From: Spirochaetia bacterium
GTDB taxonomy: Bacteria; Spirochaetota; Spirochaetia; SZUA-6; Bin103
Length of the DNA stretch: 64,000 bases
NCBI GenBank assembly: GCA_965199955.1
Contig: CBDATQ010000001.1
Coordinates: 1,952,001-2,016,000, forward strand
Direction: 5' to 3'
The notes under the pieces are model-generated. The model was not told the DNA's origin, made no database searches, and saw only the letters and a list, made by a program, of their open reading frames with translations. This document shows, piece after piece, positions 1-11,255 of this stretch (within the stretch, counting starts at the first letter, position 1; each line of letters opens with the position of its first letter). Made by a program: the position numbers and the translations under genes.

Positions 1-485
1 CCGGTGGGCGGCCTGGCGCCCTCGATCACGCGGCAGTAGATCTCGCGCAACTCGCCCAGCGCTCCGGACGCCACGCACGCTTCGGCGGCGTCGTAGGACT
101 CGTAGAAGCGGCGGCGCGACGAGCAGCAGGCGGCGATCCGGTCGCCCTGCGCGGCCAGCATCGCCTGCACCTCGGCGGCGTTCAGCGCCGGCGGCTTCTC
201 GACCAGCACGTGCTTGCCGGCTTCGAGCGCGCTCACGGCGAGCTGCGCCCGGCCGGCGGCGTGCAGGGCCAGCACGACCGCCTCGACCCCGTGATCGTCG
301 ATCAGCTCCTCCGCGTAGAGGTAGGCCCGCTCGACCCCGAACTCGTCCGCCGCCTCCCGCGCGCGCTCCGGCACTTGGTCGGCGACCGCGGCGAGCGTGA
401 CCTCCGGGGCCGCGGCCGCGGCGCGCAGGTGGATGGTACCAATCACGCCGCAGCCGATGACGCCAAGCCTCACCGAGCCGTTCAT
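1..485 (-). CDS. Gfo/Idh/MocA family oxidoreductase (runs off window edge)
   Basis: Reverse strand reads MNGSVRLGVIGCGVIG...GKHVLVEKP; ATG overlaps the stop of the upstream gene (ATGA). Confidence 0.9.
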   Translation of the reverse strand, partial: MNGSVRLGVIGCGVIGTIHLRAAAAAPEVTLAAVADQVPERAREAADEFGVERAYLYAEELIDDHGVEAVVLALHAAGRAQLAVSALEAGKHVLVEKPPALNAAEVQAMLAAQGDRIAACCSSRRRFYESYDAAEACVASGALGELREIYCRVIEGARPPT

Positions 486-1837
486 GCCGATCCCCATGCC
501 GAGTCGCGGCAATAGTACACCCGGTTCTGGTAGCCGCCGTCCTCGGGAAAGCCGGGGAGGTGGTGCGACGTGCGGTCGAAGTAGAGGATCCCGCCGGCGC
601 GGACCTCCTCGGGCGTGCGGGCCGGGCCGCCGGAGACCGGAAGCTCATACTTGGGAGACCGCGCACCGTCCTCCGCGGACAATGCCTCGCGTACGCTGAA
701 CGTTTCGCCGCCATCGGTCGAGATCAGCCAGACGACCGGGTTGTCGCCGGCCGTGCCCGGTTCCGGCGTGGCGCCGCCGCTCAGGCCGGCGAGCCCGGGC
801 CGGCTGGGCAGATGACCTGAACAGCCGCTGTGATCGGCCGGCGTCAGGGTCACCAGGGCGCGCAGCACGCCGTCCGCGTCGATCGTGAACGTGCCGCGGC
901 AGATGGCGGCGCGGTGGTGCGGCCAGGCGTGCTCCAGCGCGTCGATGGAGCGCTGCCGCCAGATTCCCTGGCTGTCGGGCGCGGCCAGGATGAGCTGACC
1001 GGCCCGGTTCAGGTGGTAGAGGTACAGCACGTGCGGGACGCCGGCGGAGTCCAGGGCGACGTTGCCCTGCGCGGCCAGCACCGGCGGCGGCATCGGCTCG
1101 TGGCGGAGGCCGGTGCTCTGGCAGATCACGTCCATCGCGCATGGCCGGGCGGGCGTGGCGGCTGGCTCGCCGCGGAAGGTGCGCCACGTGCGCCCGCCGT
1201 CCGGCGACTGCAGGTAGGCGACCGCCTGGTGGACGCCGCGCTCCTCCCAGACCCCGAACCCCTCGTAGAAGTCGCTGACCACGTGCAGCACCCCGTCCCC
1301 GTCGAAGCAGAACCCGCAGTGGAACGCCGCGTATCCAGGGTAGTCGGCCAGCCGTTCGATGACCTTGCCGACATGACGCCATGGCCCTTCGTGTGGTTTT
1401 GTATACAATTCGACGCCGTTCCAGCGTTCGGCGTTGCGCAGCGCCAGGAACAGGTCGCCGCCGGGGCCGCACACCAAGTAGGGATAGGTGCCGTCGGCCA
1501 CCGGCAGCGGGTCGGTCCAGCCGGCCGCGTCGTTCGCCAGCAGTGAGCGGCGGTAGGTGCAGGGCGTGTTGTGGCCGCTCAGGATCGCGTGCAGGAACCC
1601 GTCGCCGTCGGCGACCAGCACCGCCCGCGCGTGGTCGTCGTAGGCGCTGCCCAGCGTGCAGGTTTCCGACCACGCTCCGCTGTTCAGGTCCAGGGTGCGG
1701 ACCCGGTTGAAGTAGCCCTCGGGCGTCACGTCCTGCCAGGTGACGTGGGTGCGGCGGCCGACGGTGACCACCTTGTTACCGGCCTCGTTGGTCGCCGCCT
1801 GGCTCCCGGCGCTCGACAGCAGGTCCGTCCGGCGCAT
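482..1837 (-). CDS. BNR/Asp-box repeat beta-propeller protein (BNR_4-like)
   Basis: 451 aa ORF; Asp-boxes SPDGGRTW and STDGGETF; DDH...DGDGFLH...GHN motif. Confidence 0.7.
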   Translation of the reverse strand: MRRTDLLSSAGSQAATNEAGNKVVTVGRRTHVTWQDVTPEGYFNRVRTLDLNSGAWSETCTLGSAYDDHARAVLVADGDGFLHAILSGHNTPCTYRRSLLANDAAGWTDPLPVADGTYPYLVCGPGGDLFLALRNAERWNGVELYTKPHEGPWRHVGKVIERLADYPGYAAFHCGFCFDGDGVLHVVSDFYEGFGVWEERGVHQAVAYLQSPDGGRTWRTFRGEPAATPARPCAMDVICQSTGLRHEPMPPPVLAAQGNVALDSAGVPHVLYLYHLNRAGQLILAAPDSQGIWRQRSIDALEHAWPHHRAAICRGTFTIDADGVLRALVTLTPADHSGCSGHLPSRPGLAGLSGGATPEPGTAGDNPVVWLISTDGGETFSVREALSAEDGARSPKYELPVSGGPARTPEEVRAGGILYFDRTSHHLPGFPEDGGYQNRVYYCRDSAWGSA

Positions 1838-1840
1838 GGA

Positions 1841-2455
1841 TCAGACAGCGTGCGCTGCGCTGCGGCCGAAGGTGCGGGGCCGGAAGTCCTCCCGGTTGGT
1901 GATGCTGGCGCTGCTGCCGGTGGCGCGAATCACGAACAGGCCCTGCCGGTCCGCATAGGTGTCGGCAGCCTCGTTCGCCTTCAGGTAGGCGACGGCGCCG
2001 TGGATCGTGCGGTTGGCGTAGTCGGGCTGGAGCCGGGTCAGGTGGCGCAGCGTGTCCAGGAAGTGATCGACGTCGCGCTTCAGGGTCGTCCTGACCTCGA
2101 CCGCCACCAGCTCTTCGCCGTTCATCGCGAGGATGTCGATCTCCCACGTGCGTTCGGCGTCGTTGAGCTCCAGGTTGGTGGAGCGGTGCCGGACCGCGAT
2201 GTCGCGCTGGTTCAGGAATCGGATCAGGTCGCCTGCGACGAGCGCTTCGATGAGCTTCCCCCACTGGCCGTTGAACAGGTCGTCGAGCTTGCGCAGGCGA
2301 CGGTCGGTCTCCTTCATCTGGCTACCGGTTTCGGCCCCGGATTCCCGGAGCTCGCGTATGAGTCGGGCGGTCTCTCGCTGGCTCGCCGTCAGCTCGGGGA
2401 GCATGCTCCAGATTTCCTGCGGGGTGGCGTCGTTGCGATCTCCGTTGTCAGCCAT
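1841..2455 (-). CDS. Coiled-coil + PD-(D/E)XK nuclease-like protein (DUF3782-like)
   Basis: Short coiled coil, then WGKLIEALV and EIDILAMNGEELVAVEVR. Confidence 0.7.
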   Translation of the reverse strand: MADNGDRNDATPQEIWSMLPELTASQRETARLIRELRESGAETGSQMKETDRRLRKLDDLFNGQWGKLIEALVAGDLIRFLNQRDIAVRHRSTNLELNDAERTWEIDILAMNGEELVAVEVRTTLKRDVDHFLDTLRHLTRLQPDYANRTIHGAVAYLKANEAADTYADRQGLFVIRATGSSASITNREDFRPRTFGRSAAHAV

Positions 2456-2700
2456 CAAGGTGCCTCGTCCGGTAGGAAGAGTATAGCGGGAAACCGACAC
2501 ACCAGGGCGTGTGCTGGCGTGCTCACCTCCCGCACTCCCGATAGTGGCCCCGCCGGCGCTGGCGCTTTACGAGTGGGCAAGGTATACGGGCGCAGGCAGT
2601 ACGGGACTCCGGTGTACGTGCTGTAGGGAAATGACTATTCTCCCATCGCGATGAGCGCAGTATTCCGCTCAGCTCCACACACACCAGGAGAGGTTCACTC

Positions 2701-3228
2701 ATGAAGCTCCATACGAAGTTGCTCGCCATTGCCGCCGTCGCCTGTGCGGCCATCTGGGCTCCCGCGGCCGTGTTCGCCGACATGGCCGCGGCGGAGCTCG
2801 TCGATCCCTCCGGATCGGTCATCGGCAAGGCCACGTTCGAGCAGGCCCCGACCGGCGTGCTCATATACGTGGAGGTGGCGGGGCTGCCCCCCGGCCCCCA
2901 CGGCATCCATCTGCATGCGGCCGGCGCCTGCACGCCCGACTTCACGCACGCGACCGGGCATATCAACCCGAACGGGGTGCCGCACGGCCTGCGCCACCCG
3001 GACGGACCGGACAACGGCGACCTGCCCAACCTGTACGTGGGGGACGACGGCTCGGCGAGGGCGGAGTTCTTCACCACGCTCGTGTCGGTCGCAGGCGGCG
3101 ACATGCCGGCGCTGCTGGACGAGGACGGCTCGGCGGTGATCATTCACGAGAATCCCGACGACCACCTGACCCAGCCCATCGGCGGCGCGGGCGGGCGCAT
3201 CGCCTGCGGCGTCATCGTGAGCATGTGA
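2701..3228 (+). CDS. sodC: Cu/Zn superoxide dismutase family protein, exported
   Basis: Signal peptide; HGIHLH, GHINP, GDLPNL, IIHENPDD, GGRIACGVI; upstream AGGAGAGG RBS. Confidence 0.92.
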   Translation: MKLHTKLLAIAAVACAAIWAPAAVFADMAAAELVDPSGSVIGKATFEQAPTGVLIYVEVAGLPPGPHGIHLHAAGACTPDFTHATGHINPNGVPHGLRHPDGPDNGDLPNLYVGDDGSARAEFFTTLVSVAGGDMPALLDEDGSAVIIHENPDDHLTQPIGGAGGRIACGVIVSM

Positions 3229-3308
3229 CCGGGGCCTGAGGCGCCGGCCGAGCGGCAGAGGGCATCATCACGGCACGGCGCGACGCCGGACCGCCGGCGC
3301 TGCTCGAC

Positions 3309-4070
3309 GTGGAGGGCATGTGCCTCCGGTTCGGCGGCCTGACCGTGCTGGATGACGTGTCGTTGCGGGTTCCGGCCGGCAGCATCACGGCGCTCATCGG
3401 GCCGAACGGGGCAGGCAAGACCAGCCTGTTCAACGCAGTCTCCGGGTGCTATCGGCCACAGGCGGGAATCACCAGGCTCGCCGGGTCGGATGTCACGCAC
3501 CTGCCGGCGGCGCGGCGCGCCGCGCTGGGCATGGCACGCACGTTTCAGAACATCGCCCTGTTTCCCGGCATGACGGTGCTGGACAACATCAAGCTGGGCG
3601 GCCACGTGCACCTGCGCGCCGGCGTACCGGCGGCGGGGCTGTACGCGGGCCGCGCGCGGCGGGAGGAACGGCGGCTGCAGTCGGAGATCGAGGGCGGCCT
3701 CGCCGAGCTGGTCGGCATCGCCGACGACCTGCACGTGCCGGCGTCGACGCTTGCCTACGGCCTGCAGAAACGGGTGGAGCTGGCACGTGCGCTGGCGTTG
3801 CGCCCCCGGCTGCTGCTGCTGGATGAGCCGGTCGCCGGCATGAACCGCCGCGAGCGGGAGGAGATGGTGGAGCTCATTCTCACCCTCAGGCGTCAGCGCG
3901 GCGTGACGATCCTGCTGGTCGAGCACGACATGAGCGTGGTGATGGACATCTCCGACGGGGTGGTCGTACTGGACTTCGGCCGCGTGATCGCGGCCGGCAC
4001 GCCGGCGGCCGTGCGTGATGATCCGGCGGTGGTCGCCGCGTATCTCGGGACCGCGGCCGAACGGCGCTGA
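3309..4070 (+). CDS. LIV-type ABC transporter ATP-binding protein (LivG-like)
   Basis: GPNGAGKT, LAYGLQKRVELARAL, LLLDEP, VEHDM; start approximate. Confidence 0.9.
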   Translation: MEGMCLRFGGLTVLDDVSLRVPAGSITALIGPNGAGKTSLFNAVSGCYRPQAGITRLAGSDVTHLPAARRAALGMARTFQNIALFPGMTVLDNIKLGGHVHLRAGVPAAGLYAGRARREERRLQSEIEGGLAELVGIADDLHVPASTLAYGLQKRVELARALALRPRLLLLDEPVAGMNRREREEMVELILTLRRQRGVTILLVEHDMSVVMDISDGVVVLDFGRVIAAGTPAAVRDDPAVVAAYLGTAAERR

Positions 4071-4942
4071 TGGAGTTCTTTCTCGAGATCAGCCTGGTCG
4101 GCCTTGCCGTGGGCGGGGTCTACGCGCTGATCGCACTGGGCTACGTGATCGTCTACCGCACCACCCGGGTGGTCAACTTCGCGCACGGCAACCTGATGAT
4201 GTTCGGAGCCTACTTCTTCTTCACCTTCGCGGTACTGCTGGAGCTTGCCTGGTGGGCCGCGCTGCCGCTGTCGATCTGTGCCGCAGCGGTGCTGGGTGCA
4301 GGGATCGAGCGCGTCCTGATGCGCCCGCTGCTCCGGCGGGAGACGACCGTGGCGGTGCTGGCGACCATCGGCCTGGCGGCCGTCCTGCACGGGCTGGTGC
4401 AGATGATCTGGAGGCCGCGCGACTTCCTGCTGCCGTCGATCTTTCCGGAGCGGCCGATCGTCATCGGCGGCATGTACCTTCCCGCCAACACCGGCTTCGG
4501 GGCGCTGGTGGCCCTGGCCGCGGTCGAGGTGTTCCTGGTGCTGTTCCGGGTCACCCGGATCGGCCTTGCCATGCGCGCTACCGCCTCCGACCAGGTTGCG
4601 GCCAGCTCGCTGGGCATCGACGTGCCGGCGACGTTCAACCTGACCTGGGCCTGCGCCGCCGCCAGCGCGGCGCTCGCCGGGGTCGTGGTCGCCTCGATCA
4701 CGACGCTCAATCCGTCCATGGGCCTGATCGGGCTGTCCGTGCTGGCGGTCGTCATCCTGGGCGGCCTCGACAGCCTGGCGGGGGCCGTACTCGCCGGCCT
4801 GATCATCGGCTGGCTGGAGGCGGTTACCGGCTTCTACCTGGGGGCGTCGTACAAGGACGTGGTCCCGTTCGCGGTGATGCTGGTGATCCTGATGGTCCGC
4901 CCGCACGGATTGCTGGGCACCCCCCGGGTGGAACGGCTGTGA
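4070..4942 (+). CDS. LIV-type ABC transporter permease (LivH-like)
   Basis: YALIALG...VVNFAHG, GLAMRATA, ILGGLDS. Confidence 0.92.
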   Translation: MEFFLEISLVGLAVGGVYALIALGYVIVYRTTRVVNFAHGNLMMFGAYFFFTFAVLLELAWWAALPLSICAAAVLGAGIERVLMRPLLRRETTVAVLATIGLAAVLHGLVQMIWRPRDFLLPSIFPERPIVIGGMYLPANTGFGALVALAAVEVFLVLFRVTRIGLAMRATASDQVAASSLGIDVPATFNLTWACAAASAALAGVVVASITTLNPSMGLIGLSVLAVVILGGLDSLAGAVLAGLIIGWLEAVTGFYLGASYKDVVPFAVMLVILMVRPHGLLGTPRVERL

Positions 4943-5958
4943 CCGGCGGTGGAACCGCGTTCGGCGGTCGGACCGCGTCCGGCACGGCAGTGCTGGCCGC
5001 GGCGGTGCTGGCCCTGCCCCTGACCGGCAACAGCTATCACCTGCACATGGCCTGCATGATCGGCATCAACGTGATCAGCGCCACCGGGCTCAACCTGATT
5101 ACCGGCTATGCGGGCATGGTATCGCTTGGCCACGCGGCGTTCATGGGGGTGGGCGCCTACGGGGTGGCCTGGTTCAGCGCCCATCTCGGGCTGCCATTCT
5201 ACCTCTGCCTGCCGCTTGGCGGCCTGCTGGCCGCGGCGGTCGGGATGATCGCCGGCCTGCCGTCCCTGAGGCTGAAGGGGCTGTACCTGGCGATGGCCAC
5301 CCTTGCGGCGCAGTTCATCCTCATCTTCGTGTTCAACGAGTGGGAGCCGGTGACCGGCGGCCGGGGCGGCACGCCGGTGGCGCCCGCCCGGATCGGCGGG
5401 CTCACGCTCACCACAGAGCGGGAGTGGTACCTGCTGATCGCTCCCCTGACGGTGGGCGCGCTGTTGGTCGCGCGCAACCTGTTCCGGACCCGCGTCGGCC
5501 GCGCATTCATCGCGCTGCGCGACCGCGAGATCGCCGCATCGGTGCTGGGCGTCGACCCGCGGCGCTACAAGCTGATCGCATTCGGCGTCAGCTCCTTCTA
5601 CGCCGGCGTCGCCGGCGGCCTGATGGCCTACTTCTTCCGGGTCGTGACCCCCGGTCAGTTCGGCTTCGACCTGTCGCTGTTCTTCCTGGCGGCGATCGTG
5701 GCGGGCGGCATGGGCACGGTGACGGGCAGCGTGCTCGGCGCCCTGTTCATCACGTTGACGCCGGAGCTCTTCGCCTGGGTCACCGGGGTGTTCGGCCCGC
5801 ACGTCGCCGGGCTGCTGTCGCCCGCCCGCGAGGTGCTGTTCGGCCTGCTCATCGTCGGTTTCCTGACGTTCGAGCCGCAGGGCATGGCGGGCATCGTTAG
5901 ACGAGTGCGGAACCTGCTGTCTAGAATGGCGAATACGAACACACGAGAGGAGGAGTAG
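4939..5958 (+). CDS. LIV-type ABC transporter permease (LivM-like)
   Basis: GLNLITGYAGMVSLGHAAF, LRLKGLYLAMATL, GGMGT; GTGA overlap with previous stop. Confidence 0.9.
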   Translation: MTGGGTAFGGRTASGTAVLAAAVLALPLTGNSYHLHMACMIGINVISATGLNLITGYAGMVSLGHAAFMGVGAYGVAWFSAHLGLPFYLCLPLGGLLAAAVGMIAGLPSLRLKGLYLAMATLAAQFILIFVFNEWEPVTGGRGGTPVAPARIGGLTLTTEREWYLLIAPLTVGALLVARNLFRTRVGRAFIALRDREIAASVLGVDPRRYKLIAFGVSSFYAGVAGGLMAYFFRVVTPGQFGFDLSLFFLAAIVAGGMGTVTGSVLGALFITLTPELFAWVTGVFGPHVAGLLSPAREVLFGLLIVGFLTFEPQGMAGIVRRVRNLLSRMANTNTREEE

Positions 5959-5962
5959 CGGG

Positions 5963-7196
5963 ATGAGGACAGTTACATCACGCATCTTGAGAGTACATCG
6001 CGCATCTTTAGAGGTGCCGGACGCCTCGCCGCGACGGCGGCGCTGATCGTCGCGCTGGCCGCGGGGCTGACGACGCCGGTGGTGGCCGACGATGGCGAGA
6101 TCGTCTGGGGCGGGTCCGTACCGCTGACCGGAATCTATGCGCAGGCGGGCAACCTCGCCGTGATCGGCATCGATGCCTACATCGCCTACCTGAACGACAC
6201 GGGAGGCATCAACGGCCGGCCCGTGCGCATGAGAAACGCGACTCCGGCTCCGAGCCGGAGAATGCGCTCGCCATCTTCAAGCAGATCATGGCCGAGGAGG
6301 ATGATGTCGTGGCGTTCTACGGCGACTCCACCGAGTTCGCGATTCTGTCCACGCCGGAGGTCAACGAGCGCTACCAGGTGCTGATGATCGGCGCGTCGCT
6401 GGCCACCGTGCTCGCCGATCCGGTGCAGTACCCTTGCCAAGTCCTTACCGGACCCACGTACGCGGAGATGGTGGGAATCCTGCTGGAGTACATCGCCGAG
6501 CAGGGGGGCAAGGACGGTGCGGCGCCGCGCGTCGCCCTGTTCCACTCCAATCTGGAGTTCGGCCGCGACCCGATCCCGGCCGCCAGGGAGCGCGCGGCTG
6601 AGCTCGGCGTCGAGATCGTGGCCGAGATCGAGACCGAGCCCGCCGGCATCGACGTGGCGCCCGAGGTCCTGAAGCTGCGCCGGGCAGAGCCGGACTACGT
6701 CATCTTTCACGGCTACGTGACCACGGTGTGGCCGGAGGTGATGAAGCAGGCGGTCCAGTCGGGCGTGGACGCGATGTTCATGGGCACGTTCTGGGCGATG
6801 GAGCCGCTGGTGATCCAGCAGCTCGGACCGCTTGCCGACCGGTACATGGGCGTGTTCCCGTACCGGTACTACTGGGATCAGGAAGAGTCCGCGACGCTGC
6901 GGCTGATCGCGCAAGTGACGCAGCAGGAGTACGTGCCGACCTTCGCCCTGCAGGGCTGGTTCTCGGGCATGATCCTGACGGAGGCGATCAAGCGCACGCT
7001 GGACGCCGGCAAGGAGCTCACCGGCGGCAACCTCAAGGAGGCGATCGACGGGATACAGGACTGGGACACCGGCGGCCTGATCGGCGTGCCGGTGACGTTC
7101 AGGAACAACTCGATACCGGTCGGGCGCATCTACCAGGGCAATTCGGCGACCGGGCGCATGGATCCGGTGTCGGACTGGATCGTGCTCGACGAATAG
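5963..7196 (+). pseudogene. LIV-type ABC substrate-binding protein, two frameshifts (about 5974-6013 and about 6231)
   Basis: Signal peptide, GGSVPLTGIYA...GGINGRPV and the C-terminal part lie in different frames; a sequencing error cannot be excluded. Confidence 0.75.
5974..6013 (+). repeat. Imperfect 20-bp tandem duplication
   Basis: tacatcacgcatcttgagag / tacatcgcgcatctttagag (18 of 20 identical). Confidence 0.85.
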
Positions 7197-7204
7197 GTCG
7201 TGCT

Positions 7205-7974
<770 letters not shown>

Positions 7975-7999
<25 letters not shown>

Positions 8000-9300
8000 C
8001 GAAACCGGGTACGGAGCCGTTCGATGCCTTCCTCCAGCGTCTGGAGCGATCGGCAGAAGGCGAATCGCAGATAGCGCTCTCCCTCCCGTCCGGTGGCGTA
8101 GAAGTTGTCGCCCGGAACCGTCGCCACTCCCGCCTGCTCGATGAGGTACATGGCGGCCTGCGTCGGCGACATCGCCGCCAGCGCCGGCACGCCGCGGTAG
8201 TCCGCGAACAGGTAGTACGCGCCCTCCGGCGGGGTCGCCGCGAACCCGATCTCGCGCAGGCCGCCGACCAGCAGGTCCCGTTTCTCGCGATAGCCCGCAG
8301 CGATCCCGGCGAAGAAGGACCGGGGCTGGCGCAGAAGCGTGACCGCCCCCTTCTGCAACGGCGTCGGCGCCTGCACCACGAGGTTGTCGTGGACGGCGCG
8401 CAACGCCGGCGTGCGATCCGGCGGCGTGATCACCCAGCCGACCCGCCACCCGGTGGCGCGGCCGGTCTTCGAGATCGCGTTCACCACCAGCGTGCGGTCC
8501 GCCATCCCCTCGAAGCGCGCCAGGCAGCGGTGGCGATGGCCGTCGAACGTGATGTGCTCGTAGATCTCGTCGGTGATCGCGAACCGGTCGTGTGTCCGGC
8601 AGAGCTCCGCGATGAGTCCCAGGTCCTCGGAGTCCAGCACCGTGCCGGTCGGGTTCTGGGGGGTGTTCACGACCATCGCCTTGACCGAGGGATGGGTGAG
8701 GGCGGCGCGCAGCTCGTCTCGATCCAGCCGCCACGTGCCGGCGCGGCGATCCTCGCGCAGGGTCACGAAGCGGGGCACGAGCCCGAAGATCGCCGCCTGC
8801 GACGGGTACAGCTCGTGATAGGGCTGCATCACCACCACGCCGTCGCCGGGGGCGAGCAGCGAGCGGAACGCGGCGGCCATGCCCTCGCTGGCCCCCAGCA
8901 CCACCGTGATCTGCTCCTCGGGGTCGGGCCGGTAGCCGTGGCACGCCAGCGTGTAGTCGGCGATCGCGTGCCGCAACTCCGGGAGTCCGAACGGATAGGA
9001 GTACTGATTGAGCTCGTCACGTGAGCCGCGCAGCCTCTCGAACAGCTCTTTCACGGGGCGATCGAGCGAATCGGCATCCGCGTTCCCTGTCTTCTGCAAG
9101 AGCTCCCGCGCGGTCAGCGCCTCGACGCGGCGCGCTCCCTCTTCCGTGCCGCCGAGCAGAGCCGCGACGCCGCTCCATACCATGTCGTAGATCGGCGTTT
9201 CGTCGGTGAACCCCTGCGCCAGGTTCACGGCGCCGTGGGCTGCCGCGAGGCGGGTCATGCGGCGGATAACCGTCTCCCTGATCTGTGCCGGCTGCTCCAC
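7975..9300 (-). CDS. PLP-dependent aminotransferase class I/II
   Basis: NLAQGF, NQY, NTPQNPTG, DEIYEH, SKTGRATGWRVGW (PLP lysine). Confidence 0.92.
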
Positions 9301-9397
9301 GACAAGCAACCTACCATGCCGCAAATCGTGGCGGCAATCGCGCGAGAGCTTGACGGGACGCGATCCGTGGCCCTGAATGGGGTGGGCGGCGACGGTC

Positions 9398-10060
9398 ATG
9401 CACAGCAGCTTTCTCCGGGGATCCGACTTCCGGATCACGCTCCAGCGGGAGGAGGTGCCTCACGACCGCTTCTTCCGCGGCCTCAGCGCGACCGATCGCG
9501 TGGGCGTGTTCGCTCCCGGAGGCCTCGACGGGCTGGGCGCCAGCCTGCTATTGCTGGCACACACGACCGCGTTCTACGACCGCTATCGAGAATCCGGCGA
9601 CGAGTTCTTCGCCTATCCCGACTACTTCACGTTCCAGCGCCGAACCCCGGCCGCTTCCTACTCCATGCTCGACGTCTGGCCCGGCCACAAGAACGTGCCC
9701 GTCGGCGACGATGCCGGAGCGACGCTCGACGCGATCCTGGACCGGGCGATCAACGTCCTGCTGGTTCCTGCCGGGACACCCGGGACCACCGAGCGGACAC
9801 CGGTGCAGATGGCCAGCGCGCGGCGCAACATCCGGAGGTGTTATGCGTACTCGGAGACCGGTTCGGCGGAACATCCCACGCTCGCGGTCGCCTGCACGCG
9901 CGACGAGCCGGCAGAGTGGGCCCGCACGGTCGTCGAGTCGCTGCCGGACGACGGCTCCGGCGTCCGCAGCCACTGGCAGCGCGTGGTCGACGGCGGCTCG
10001 ATTCCGCAGCAGTCGTTCAGCGAGGTTCCGCTGGAACAGGCGCTCGCCCTCATCCGCTGA
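9398..10060 (+). CDS. Hypothetical protein (MHSS... family)
   Basis: 220 aa ORF with genome-typical codon usage, divergent from the aminotransferase. Confidence 0.7.
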   Translation: MHSSFLRGSDFRITLQREEVPHDRFFRGLSATDRVGVFAPGGLDGLGASLLLLAHTTAFYDRYRESGDEFFAYPDYFTFQRRTPAASYSMLDVWPGHKNVPVGDDAGATLDAILDRAINVLLVPAGTPGTTERTPVQMASARRNIRRCYAYSETGSAEHPTLAVACTRDEPAEWARTVVESLPDDGSGVRSHWQRVVDGGSIPQQSFSEVPLEQALALIR

Positions 10061-10103
10061 TGACCGGGGGGCGCCGCGCCATCCGAACAAGAGGAGGACG
10101 GCC

Positions 10104-11255
10104 ATGCGCATAGAGCGAATCCGTACCGTGACCGTGGGCAAGGGCGCCGACGTCATGGTGCGGAGCAACTACGTGTTCGTGGTGGTGGAGACCGACACCG
10201 GACTGCGAGGCCTGGGCGAGGGGTTCCACAGCCTGGACGAGCCGATCGCCGCGTGCGTGGGCAAGTTCGCCCGGTCGCTGCTCGGCGAGGATCCGGCCGC
10301 GGTGACCCGTAACTGGCAGCGCGTCTACCGCGGCCTGCGCTATCCGCTCGGCACCGCAGAGCTGTCGGCGCTGAGCGCCATCGAGCACGCATTGTGGGAC
10401 ATCGCCGGCAAGCGGCTGGGGGCGCCCGTGTACCGCCTGCTGGGGGGGCCGACCCGCGACCGGGTACGCCTGTACTCCGGACTGAAGGGGGACGATCCCG
10501 ATCCGGCTGTCGCCGCGGGCGCGGTGGTGGCGCGCGGGTTCGGGGCGCTCAAGTTCAGCCCGCAGCCGCCGGACTACGGCACCATGGGCGAGACGGAGGT
10601 GATCCGCGGCTCGGTCGCGCGCGTGCGCGCCGTGCGGGAGCGGGTCGGGCCGGATGTCGACATCTGCCTGGACTACCACGGCCGCAGCTTCAGTCCGGTG
10701 GAGGCGGTCAAGCTGGCCGGCGAGCTCGCCCCGCTCGGCATCTACTTCCTGGAAGAGCCGGCGCTGTCGGAGAGCCCGCGGTCGCTGCTGGAAGCCAAGG
10801 AGAAGACCACGATCCCGATCGCTGCCGGTGAGCGGGCGGTGACGCGGTCGAACATGCGCGACCTGATCGAGCTGCGCGCCGTGCACATCATCCAGCCGGA
10901 GCCGACCGCCAACGGCGGCATCCTGGAGACCTTCAAGCTGGCCGCCATGGCGGAGGCCGCTCACATCACGGTCGCGCCGCACCAGGCGTGCAGCCCGGTG
11001 TCGCTGCTGGTGAACGCGCACGTCGACGCCGCCATCCCCAACTTCCTGATCCAGGAGTGCAACTGCTTCCCCTACGACGAGGTGGCGCGCAGCCTCCTGG
11101 GGCCGCTGCCGGTGATCCGCGACGGCTTCCTGGAGCTTCCGGAAGCGCCCGGCATCGGCATCGAACTGGACGAGGAGGCAGCAGCCGAGTTTCCCCCGCG
11201 CCCGTACGACCGGCCGATCATCGTGCAGGGAGACGGCTCCATCGGGTTGGAGTGA
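10104..11255 (+). CDS. Mandelate racemase/muconate lactonizing enzyme family (galactonate dehydratase-like)
   Basis: SAIEHALWDIAGK...PVYRLLGG, DYHGR, EEP, PIAAGER, APH; GAGGAGG RBS. Confidence 0.92.
   Translation: MRIERIRTVTVGKGADVMVRSNYVFVVVETDTGLRGLGEGFHSLDEPIAACVGKFARSLLGEDPAAVTRNWQRVYRGLRYPLGTAELSALSAIEHALWDIAGKRLGAPVYRLLGGPTRDRVRLYSGLKGDDPDPAVAAGAVVARGFGALKFSPQPPDYGTMGETEVIRGSVARVRAVRERVGPDVDICLDYHGRSFSPVEAVKLAGELAPLGIYFLEEPALSESPRSLLEAKEKTTIPIAAGERAVTRSNMRDLIELRAVHIIQPEPTANGGILETFKLAAMAEAAHITVAPHQACSPVSLLVNAHVDAAIPNFLIQECNCFPYDEVARSLLGPLPVIRDGFLELPEAPGIGIELDEEAAAEFPPRPYDRPIIVQGDGSIGLE

Noticed and set aside
2456..2700. Possible riboswitch or ncRNA upstream of sodC (short hairpin tgagcg...cgctca)
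   Set aside because: No recognisable family consensus; the stems are short enough to be chance in GC-rich DNA. An Rfam search would be needed
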